A stretch of 52,521 nucleotides of DNA from the NCBI GenBank assembly GCA_036721445.1, contig DAIMKZ010000002.1, forward strand, positions 1 to 52,521. Reading direction: 5' to 3'. Numbering within the stretch: position 1 is the first letter of the stretch; the number at the start of each line of letters is the position of its first letter. The notes under the pieces were generated by a model. It was not told the DNA's origin. It did not search any database and saw only the letters and a list, made by a program, of their open reading frames with translations. Below are positions 45,400 to 52,521 of the stretch, piece after piece. This stretch comes from Candidatus Delongbacteria bacterium (GTDB lineage: Bacteria; UBA4055). The translations under genes were made by a program, and so were the position numbers.

Positions 45400-46347
45400 T
45401 TACGCGTGATTTCTCAGTTTGAGCTCGAGCGGATGAGGATTTAAGTAAACCTGATCTTCAAGATATTCGGGTTTGAACTTCCTGATGTAATGGTTTAAAA
45501 GAGTGACCGGAACGATCTGGGGTACAAGTCCTTCCCTGTATTCGGATATGATCGTGTTGAGTTCGGCTTTTTCGTCAGCGTCGAGCTCTTTCTTGAAATA
45601 TCCCATGATGTGCTGAAGTACATTGGCGTTCTTTTTTCTGGTAGCCGTAAGCTTAAGGTATTTCGACAGCAGTTCAAGGTATTTATCGTAAACTTCGTTT
45701 ACGGGATATTTCTTCGCGTCGGCAACAAGTTTGCCGAGCTCTTTGAGACCGGCTGCTGAATGCGACATTATCAGATATTTGTGAACTGTATGGAATTTGA
45801 CGAGCGCTCCGACTGTTCTCTTCTGCTTATTAAGCTCGATCCATCTCTGGAACACAAATATCCGCTCGATGAAATTCTCCCTCAGATTGTCGTCATGCAG
45901 CCTGCCTTCCTCTTCGACGGGAAGGCACGGGTATTTTTGCAAGAACGCGTTCGCAAAAATCCCTACGCCGGTCTTTGACGCGTAGCCTTTTTCGTTGTAA
46001 ACCTTGACGCGCTCCATTCCGGACGACGGCGAATTGGCCTTGAAGATGAACCCGCAGAGTTCTTTTGTACCGAGTTCTTTGATAACAGGACCCATCCATT
46101 TTGTCATCTGAGGAGTTATATCTTTACCTGTTTTCTGGGTCAGAAGCTTTATTTCGCCGTCAAAGTCAACAAGCCTCATAGCCTCGCGGGGTATCGGCAG
46201 TCCGCATTCATGCTCGGGACAAACGGGAACATACTCCACGAACTGTCCCAGTATATCTCTCAAAAATCTGTCGAGCTTGTGCCCGCCGTCGTACCTGACG
46301 TTATTTCCCAGAAGGCATGAACTGATGCCGATCACAGGTTTATTCAT
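45400..46347 (-). CDS. DUF523 (TudS-like Fe-S domain) fused to DUF1722 (YbgA family)
   Basis: IGISSCLLGNNVRYDGGHK and VPVCPEHECGLP (Cys ligand pattern of DUF523). C-terminal helical DUF1722-like half. Confidence 0.75.
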   Translation of the reverse strand: MNKPVIGISSCLLGNNVRYDGGHKLDRFLRDILGQFVEYVPVCPEHECGLPIPREAMRLVDFDGEIKLLTQKTGKDITPQMTKWMGPVIKELGTKELCGFIFKANSPSSGMERVKVYNEKGYASKTGVGIFANAFLQKYPCLPVEEEGRLHDDNLRENFIERIFVFQRWIELNKQKRTVGALVKFHTVHKYLIMSHSAAGLKELGKLVADAKKYPVNEVYDKYLELLSKYLKLTATRKKNANVLQHIMGYFKKELDADEKAELNTIISEYREGLVPQIVPVTLLNHYIRKFKPEYLEDQVYLNPHPLELKLRNHA

Positions 46348-46356
46348 AATTTAACC

Positions 46357-47256
46357 TTATTTAATTGCATATCCGACCGACACCGCATGATTGTCATTAA
46401 CCGCATCGTCTGTGAACGGCGTGTACGAGTAATCGAAAGTTATATTGTTTATCGAGAAACCAATGCCTGCGGAGAACGGGCTGCCTTCGTTATTTGCTCT
46501 GTAGCCGAACCTGACGAATGCTTTTTTCTGATAGCCGATTTCGATGCCGGTAAAATTCTCTGTTTTTTCGTCATTTATCAGATATCTTGTACTGTTGCCC
46601 AGACTGAACCGGAAATCACCGGCGAAGTTCATGCCGTAACCTGCTCCGAAAAGGATATCTATAGGAAGATCCGCCTTTTCAGCGTCCAGTTCGCTCATAC
46701 TGCCGATGTTGTTGACAGCCAGACCCAGATTCAATCCGTCGGTGAAATTATTTTCTCTGAATATGCCGATCGAACCTGCAAATCCGTAAGCGTCGTCATA
46801 TTCTATCTTTTCAAAAAGGTATTTACCTGTAATGCCGGCTGTGAGACCTGAATCGAACTTTCTTGCGTAAGTAAATGCGGCGATCAGGTTCCTCGCCCCG
46901 AATTCATAAGCAGGATCGTCCGATGGTATCTCTCTTCCCTCAAGACCGGTAACGGACATGTAATCTATAGCCAGGCCGTACAATGTTCTATCTTCTTTAT
47001 AAGATGCCGATATCGAAACTGTATTCTCGTCTTCTTCAGGTGAAGTATAGGCTGCGATCCCCTCAAAAATATTTTCACTGAAAACCGATGCAGGGTTTAA
47101 TCCTGAATTCTGAGCAGTACCGTGAAAAAGATATGAGGTCTGTGCCGCTGAGATTGTGAAAGGTGTTTTCTCCGTTCTTAAAAAGTAGAAACCTGAATCA
47201 GCTGCCGCTGATCCTGTTATTATAAAAGTAAACAAAACAAATAATCTTCTGATCAT
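46357..47256 (-). CDS. Outer-membrane beta-barrel, PorV/PorQ-family-like (more divergent copy)
   Basis: Signal peptide, then GFYFLRTEK....GLNPASV, alternating-strand composition, and a C-terminus HAVSVGYAIK. Confidence 0.5.
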   Translation of the reverse strand: MIRRLFVLFTFIITGSAAADSGFYFLRTEKTPFTISAAQTSYLFHGTAQNSGLNPASVFSENIFEGIAAYTSPEEDENTVSISASYKEDRTLYGLAIDYMSVTGLEGREIPSDDPAYEFGARNLIAAFTYARKFDSGLTAGITGKYLFEKIEYDDAYGFAGSIGIFRENNFTDGLNLGLAVNNIGSMSELDAEKADLPIDILFGAGYGMNFAGDFRFSLGNSTRYLINDEKTENFTGIEIGYQKKAFVRFGYRANNEGSPFSAGIGFSINNITFDYSYTPFTDDAVNDNHAVSVGYAIK

Positions 47257-47271
47257 GCGTAAATCCTTCTT

Positions 47272-48228
47272 TTAGAAATAAAACCTCCATGAGACCGTAT
47301 GAGGATCCCAGACCGAAATATCTTCATGCGTGTAGGCATAGTCAACGATCATTTTCTTACCGCTGACGGCGAATTCGTAACCGAAACCGAGGCTGAGCCA
47401 TCCGGATACTGTGCCGGCGCGGAGGGCTATCGAACTGTTATTATTCTCGAACTTCCTGATCCATTCCAGACCGAAACCGTGCCCGTAATCCTTCAGATCG
47501 ACCGAATTGATATCCGCATAGAACGACAGATCCCTGTTGAACGAAGGGTTCCATGCCGCGCCTGCCGACCATGATACCGGGAAATAATCGTAAGAGGATG
47601 ACCCGTCGCTCCAGACATCCGAACTGTCCCATGAATTCTTTCCCTTAACATTCCTTGCACTCAATCCGAATGAGAGATCCGTATATTTCGGTAGGACCGC
47701 GACTGCTCCGATGTCATAAGCGAAAGTGAGAGAGGACACTGTCTCATCCGAGTGATCGAACTCAGGAAATCTCGCCCAGATCAGTTTAGCCGTAACTCCA
47801 ATTGACAGAAATTCTTTGGGTCTGAGACCGAAATTGAGATAGAACAAATTCTCGTTATACGAATATGTGGCGAACTGATCCCCGTATTTGTCCCTTCCTT
47901 CGATATCGCCTGTTCCGGTGTAAAGAATGCCTCCGCTGACCGTCGCGCCTCTATTTAAAGGATGAACATAAGACAGATACGCGAAATTCCTGTCCATAGA
48001 AAGTATCTTCATCCCGCACAAAACCTGCTTTTCAGTAACATGAGATGCAGATGCAGGGTTAAAAAAGACAGAGTAAGCCGAGCGTGTGTCAGCAGTGACC
48101 GCCCTTCCCAGGCTCTCTGATCTTGCGTCTAGTCCGTAACGCAGAAATGCTCCGGCGTAACCCGCTGTCTCAGAAGCGGAGAGAATTGCGGCGGTGATAA
48201 TGATAAATATTGTCAATCGTTTCTTCAT
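47272..48228 (-). CDS. Outer-membrane beta-barrel, PorV/PorQ-family-like
   Basis: Signal peptide, then AGAFLRYGLDARSESLGRAVTAD...VFFNPASAS, which resembles the N-terminal FL-x-ARs-LG...NPA motif of PorV/PorQ. C-terminus HTVSWRFYF. Confidence 0.6.
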   Translation of the reverse strand: MKKRLTIFIIITAAILSASETAGYAGAFLRYGLDARSESLGRAVTADTRSAYSVFFNPASASHVTEKQVLCGMKILSMDRNFAYLSYVHPLNRGATVSGGILYTGTGDIEGRDKYGDQFATYSYNENLFYLNFGLRPKEFLSIGVTAKLIWARFPEFDHSDETVSSLTFAYDIGAVAVLPKYTDLSFGLSARNVKGKNSWDSSDVWSDGSSSYDYFPVSWSAGAAWNPSFNRDLSFYADINSVDLKDYGHGFGLEWIRKFENNNSSIALRAGTVSGWLSLGFGYEFAVSGKKMIVDYAYTHEDISVWDPHTVSWRFYF

Positions 48229-48238
48229 CAGATTTCCG

Positions 48239-49708
48239 TTATTCGAATATTATAATTTTATTCCAGACTTTTTCATCGCCGTACCTGATAATGTAATAAT
48301 AAACACCGTTGGCGGCCGTTCTGCCGTAACTGTCCTTTCCGTCCCATACTATATAACTCTCCCCGGCTTCGTAATATTCGGAAGATTTAACGGTCCTAAC
48401 CTTCTCCATCGCAAAATTGTATATCTCACATGTAACCTGAGAATTTTCTTCAAGCTTGAACTGAATCTTGACCTCATCGAATTTCATAGGTGAGAACGGA
48501 TTAGGATAGGCATAAGTATCGTTTGAAGAATCTGATGAAGGCTCATAAGCTTCGATCATATACCATGTGCTACCGTTGTCTCCGCTGACAGCCATCCCCT
48601 GCCCAGTCCCTGCGAACATAATATCATTCTGATACAGAAAAGAATAAACTTTTCCTACATCGACATAGTCTTTTTTGATATCTGACCATGCTCTTATCAC
48701 ATATTTTTCCCAGTAATTTCCTTTGTCGGAGCTTTTGAAGAGCCCGTTGTCACCACAGGCGTAAACATCCGTCCCGCTGAATCCGAAATTGTATATTTTT
48801 TCACCTTCGAGACATTTGTTCCAGCTTGCTCCGTTGTCACTGGTGTAAGACACCCCGTTGTTCTCGGCTGAGCTCTCCGCCAGCCAGGTCGCTGCATAAA
48901 CATATTCTTTCCCTTCCGTCTGATCGTAAAAAGATTTTACTGCTGTCACGAAATTTCCTGTCAGACCGTCCGCATAAGTGAACTGTTTCCATTCCCTCAG
49001 GCTGTCGGGGGTATTGTATTCCGCACAGAGATTAACTCCCTCGGCAGTACCGACCCAGAGGTTTCCGGATCCCGTGATATGAACGGAGAACATTCTCTGG
49101 TTCATATAATTGATCGGCGACCATTCCTTGCGGTCGCATGTAAGCGTTCTCCAGCTGAGACCGGCATCATCTGACTTCTGCAGTGACTGCCCGAAGCAGG
49201 CCATCCATACACCGCCAAGACTGTCGCACGCTATGTCGTAAGTAAGTCCCTGAACAGGCGTGATCCCCGGCTGCGGGAAGTGCGTCCATGTCCTGCCTGA
49301 GTCGGGCGACATGTGAACTCCTGATCCGACCGGTAAAAATTCGTCCACATCGGCGATAAACGAATCTGCGGCTGTAGTCATCCAGATATTACCGAACCTG
49401 TCAACCGCAATGGCGCTCGATCCGCCGTGACCGACATATGAATTTCTCCATATAAGGTCAGTAATGCCGTCAAGCGTATTATATGCGGTCGAGAACCCGG
49501 CTCCTGTCGCAGCGAATATTAATGTATCAGGCTCGGAAACAGTATTTTTACTTTCGACAATATCGAGAATAAAATTACCTTCAGGCCTGTCGCTTTCTGT
49601 CTCCCATCCCTTCACTCCTTTCTCATAAAGTTCCGCAGAAGAAGGAATAAAAGCTGAAAAAATACTATTTATGCTTAAAAGGGTTAATATAACTGTAGTC
49701 AGTCTCAT
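48239..49708 (-). CDS. Asp-box (BNR) beta-propeller protein with a T9SS C-terminal sorting domain
   Basis: The start at 49708 (MRLTTVILTLLSINSIFSA) is preferred over the track start at 49750. Five Asp-boxes: SPDSGRTW, SDDAGLSW, TSDNGASW, SSDKGNYW, SGDNGSTW. C-terminus YAYPNPFSP.... Confidence 0.7.
   Translation of the reverse strand: MRLTTVILTLLSINSIFSAFIPSSAELYEKGVKGWETESDRPEGNFILDIVESKNTVSEPDTLIFAATGAGFSTAYNTLDGITDLIWRNSYVGHGGSSAIAVDRFGNIWMTTAADSFIADVDEFLPVGSGVHMSPDSGRTWTHFPQPGITPVQGLTYDIACDSLGGVWMACFGQSLQKSDDAGLSWRTLTCDRKEWSPINYMNQRMFSVHITGSGNLWVGTAEGVNLCAEYNTPDSLREWKQFTYADGLTGNFVTAVKSFYDQTEGKEYVYAATWLAESSAENNGVSYTSDNGASWNKCLEGEKIYNFGFSGTDVYACGDNGLFKSSDKGNYWEKYVIRAWSDIKKDYVDVGKVYSFLYQNDIMFAGTGQGMAVSGDNGSTWYMIEAYEPSSDSSNDTYAYPNPFSPMKFDEVKIQFKLEENSQVTCEIYNFAMEKVRTVKSSEYYEAGESYIVWDGKDSYGRTAANGVYYYIIRYGDEKVWNKIIIFE
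48242..48514 (-). other. T9SS type-A C-terminal sorting domain of the Asp-box propeller protein
   Basis: YAYPNPFSPMKFDEVKIQFKLEENSQVTCEIYNFAMEKV...GVYYYIIRYGDEKVWNKIIIFE. Confidence 0.7.
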
Positions 49709-50882
49709 TATCATTTCCGGTATTAGTATTTCTAGATTTTTTTGCAGCAAGAACTATGTTCGACTGATATATCTCGCTGACATTTCCTGCTTTATCGTAT
49801 GCTGTTATTGAAAAACTGAAAGTTCCTGAAGAACCCTGATCGTAGGAAAAACCGATTGAATATATCCCGTCATTCTCATTTTCATCACCGCTCGTTACAA
49901 AATCTCCGTCGTCCAGAAGATCATATTCCTTAGCGTTAATTGTTACCACTACCCTTTCTATATCCTGATATGCAAGACGCCCCTGAGGGTCGTTTATCAG
50001 CGATCTTATCCAGAAAACCCCCTGCTCGGCAGTGTTTATGGTATCGGGATGTTCAGTGCTTACAATGACCGGCGGAAGATTTTCGATCCTTATATAATCA
50101 AGTTTAAGACTGTCAGATTCTCCGTAAAAATCAGTGGCTATGAATGTAATGTTGTATCTGTTGTTAGTCTTCAAACCTGCAGCAGCAGTGGAATCGAGCT
50201 GAAATACAATATCCGAAAGCGGATTCTGTCTTATAAATTCGAAGTCCTTGGGAATATTGTCCCTGTTCCTTATCTCCATTCTGAGCGTCTGATTATCGTT
50301 GTAGCCGGCAGCATCATTGTCGGGATCTTCTAATTTGACAACAATATTTCTGGTAGAAAAGCCTGAGTTCAGAGTGTCATTTTCGTTCAATCCTGTAACA
50401 GAAAGAATATCAGGCGCCGTGTTAGATCTGACCCTTATTCCTTCCACGGGGTCATACACTTTTATAGTGTTTTCTCCCTTTACTGATTTAATATTCAGCC
50501 GCCAGTCACCTTCAGAAGGGTAGCTTTTAGCGTTTATCCCTCCCGACCAGACATTGTTTGATGCGGCAAGATCGTTCCTGAGAGAATCGTCAGCGACACC
50601 GTCATCGTAAAGATCAATTTCTACCGTGTCGGTACCTGAAGTAAAAAAAGCGAGTACGCTTACGCTGTCTTCAGGGAAATAATTCGAGTCGAAAGCAAGC
50701 CTGAAAAAATATACCATGTCTTTTGAGAACTGGATCCTCAAAGGAATAACAGATCCGTCCCTGTAGAATGTTACATGTTTATCGGTTTCAGGCGTTAAGG
50801 GATCTTCCTGAGCACATGAAGAAATGAAAACCAGCAGAGAAACCGATGTAATCAGAGTCATTATATATTTCAGCTTATTCAT
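49665..50882 (-). CDS. Lipoprotein with about three Ig-like modules, unknown function
   Basis: Lipobox VFISSCAQ. Recurrent L(Y/L)DDG...D...N(D/N).(W/Y)S motifs (LYDDGVADDSLRNDLAASNNVWSG; LLDDGDFVTSGDENENDGIYS). The 3' end overlaps the next gene's start by about 44 nt. Confidence 0.5.
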   Translation of the reverse strand: MNKLKYIMTLITSVSLLVFISSCAQEDPLTPETDKHVTFYRDGSVIPLRIQFSKDMVYFFRLAFDSNYFPEDSVSVLAFFTSGTDTVEIDLYDDGVADDSLRNDLAASNNVWSGGINAKSYPSEGDWRLNIKSVKGENTIKVYDPVEGIRVRSNTAPDILSVTGLNENDTLNSGFSTRNIVVKLEDPDNDAAGYNDNQTLRMEIRNRDNIPKDFEFIRQNPLSDIVFQLDSTAAAGLKTNNRYNITFIATDFYGESDSLKLDYIRIENLPPVIVSTEHPDTINTAEQGVFWIRSLINDPQGRLAYQDIERVVVTINAKEYDLLDDGDFVTSGDENENDGIYSIGFSYDQGSSGTFSFSITAYDKAGNVSEIYQSNIVLAAKKSRNTNTGNDNETDYSYINPFKHK

Positions 50883-51056
50883 ATCCTGCCTGTCTTATTA
50901 TTCTACAGCGTGAAAAATAATTCTTTTATCACGGATTGTCAAACATATTACTTAAACGTTTAAATATTCGTACGGTTCATAAAACTTCATTTTTATGTAG
51001 ACATTCAAGTTCAAAATTCGTATTTTAACACCAGAATTAATTTTGACGGGGAAAAA

Positions 51057-52040
51057 ATGGTCACTAGAGCCCAGAAGATCCGTGTGCTGTCACTGCTGAG
51101 TATCGCGCTTATAGTTCTTCTCTATATTTTATTTCTGCTGGTCGGGAAAAAGATAATGTCGAGGAACGATACTTACTATATAAAGCTGCAGAAACAGTCC
51201 GTGACCGGACTGAATATAGGTACAGACGTAAAATATTACGGTATCAATATAGGAAAGGTAATGGATATCGTGGTGAATCCGGAAGATATATCTGAGATTA
51301 TCGTCACGGTAAGCGTTAAACAGGGAACTCCCATTAAAGAGACCGCCCAGGCGAACCTGTCTTACCAGAGTATAGCTACGGGATTGAAGCAGATCGAGAT
51401 AACCGGAGGTGACAACGAAGACAGAACTCTTCAGCCTGAAGAATTTATCACAGCGGGTTCTGACCTGTTCAATGACATCACCGGGAAAGCTGAGATCATA
51501 GCTCAAAAAATAGAATCTTTACTCAATAACCTGATCTTTATAACAGAAAAAGAAAATTCCGTAAAGTTTGTAGATCTTTTATCGCAGCTTGAAGAGGATT
51601 CAAGAAAGCTCGATACCCTGATCACAGGAGTAAATGATTTTCTGAAGGATAATAATAAAGAGCTCAGCAATATCCTGAGAAAAGGTTCTGTCATGATAGA
51701 TAATTTCTCTGAAGCTTCTTCAGCCGCTGCAAAAACATTAAGGAACATCGACAAAAAGGTTCAGTCGGATGAACTCGACAGCTCGCTTAAAGACCTTGCC
51801 GGAATATTGAACAAGATAAATTCGAAGGAAATTGACGAAATGATCGTTTCACTTAATTCTTTGATAAAACAGTCTGAATCTACCGTAACGACATTTGACA
51901 GAACATTTCTTCAGGGAAGGAACGACATCCTCAGATCGATCGAACTTTTTAAAGAAACTCTTGAGAACATAAACGAATTCGCAATACTTATAAGAGACAA
52001 TCCCGACATTTTAATAAGAGGTAAAGACGGTGATGAATAA
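51057..52040 (+). CDS. MlaD/MCE-domain protein with a long C-terminal helical region
   Basis: N-terminal TM LSLLSIALIVLLYILFLLV. MCE domain YYIKLQKQSVTGLNIGTDVKYYGINIGKVMDIVV...IVTVSV. C-terminal coiled-coil-like half. Confidence 0.75.
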   Translation: MVTRAQKIRVLSLLSIALIVLLYILFLLVGKKIMSRNDTYYIKLQKQSVTGLNIGTDVKYYGINIGKVMDIVVNPEDISEIIVTVSVKQGTPIKETAQANLSYQSIATGLKQIEITGGDNEDRTLQPEEFITAGSDLFNDITGKAEIIAQKIESLLNNLIFITEKENSVKFVDLLSQLEEDSRKLDTLITGVNDFLKDNNKELSNILRKGSVMIDNFSEASSAAAKTLRNIDKKVQSDELDSSLKDLAGILNKINSKEIDEMIVSLNSLIKQSESTVTTFDRTFLQGRNDILRSIELFKETLENINEFAILIRDNPDILIRGKDGDE

Positions 52041-52521
52041 ATACTTTATCCTGATCGCATTTTTAATTATCGCAGCCTGCAGCGTTAATACTATGAAGGA
52101 CTATTACGTGCTTTCTTACATGCCTGATCCAGAGGAGATGAGCAGATTTAATATTTCTTCACTTCCTATTAACGCACGGGTCGAAGTCCAGAATTTTGAG
52201 ATGAACAGGATATACGACCGGAACTCAATAGTAATAAGAGAATCTCTCCACAAACTTTCCTTTGATGAAAAGAACAACTGGGCTCTGAGACCCGACAGAG
52301 CGCTACCCGAACTTCTGATATATCATATTAACTCGGCAGGTATATTCAAAGAATGCGGAAGGGATTTCATTTCAAGTACACCAGATTATTTTATAACGGG
52401 TACTATAAATAACATAGAGATATACAACGGCGTAAATTCAATTCAGGCGCATCTGAATATAATCATGGAACTTAAAGACCGGAACCGGAACGTTTTAGTT
52501 TCCCACAGAATAGACGAAAAA
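52034..52521 (+). CDS. ABC-transport auxiliary lipoprotein (PqiC/YmbA-like, DUF330), 3'-truncated by the window edge
   Basis: ATG 52034 overlaps the MlaD stop by 7 nt (ATGAATAA). Lipobox LIIAACS. YYVLSY followed by ..NNWALRPDRALPELLIYHI, as in PqiC-type lipoproteins. Confidence 0.6.

Noticed and set aside
49665-49750. Possible gene fusion or frameshift between the Ig-like lipoprotein and the Asp-box propeller (the lipoprotein ends ..YINPFKHK, reminiscent of a PNPF motif)
   Set aside because: The downstream ORF begins with a good signal peptide at 49708. The INPF match is 4 residues only. Overlapping start and stop is common in tight operons.
1-52521. CRISPR arrays, tRNA/rRNA genes, IS elements, integrases, prophage genes
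   Set aside because: I found no short spaced direct repeats, no T-loop (GGTTCGAATCC-type) motif in an intergenic context, and no transposase- or integrase-like ORFs. The only substantial DNA repeat is the in-frame 531-bp array.

Overview
Bacterial chromosomal window with about 45 densely packed genes. It is AT-leaning overall, with two conspicuous G+C-rich patches inside genes. I recognised no rRNA, tRNA, CRISPR array, transposase or integrase. Backbone genes are an rluB-type pseudouridine synthase, mgtE, purB, rocD, coaE, htpG, and a tightly packed minus-strand operon (dnaE, rnhB, GT2 synthase, der, response regulator, sugar nucleotidyltransferase). Cell-envelope and accessory loci lie between them: (i) an ATP-cone/Mrr-like nuclease beside a decayed DDAH gene; (ii) an operon of TPR protein, propeller lipoprotein, membrane protein and HTH regulator; (iii) a SUMF1/FGE-domain operon facing a HEAT protein with 13 GNDxY repeats; (iv) coaE-HlyD-ABC-ABC, followed by a 975-aa Asn-rich repeat protein with near-identical 531-bp tandem repeats and three small beta-barrel genes; (v) a divergent pair of giant secreted proteins with cysteine-peptidase domains, one carrying a T9SS C-terminal domain; (vi) a lipoprotein, an Asp-box propeller with a T9SS CTD, and two PorV/PorQ-like barrels; (vii) a MlaD/PqiC-like pair. 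The T9SS-type sorting domains suggest an uncultured FCB-superphylum-like lineage (inference only). I do not see a complete, self-contained novel system. The best follow-up candidates are loci vi, iv and iii and the ATP-cone nuclease. All family calls come from motif recognition by eye; no searches were run.
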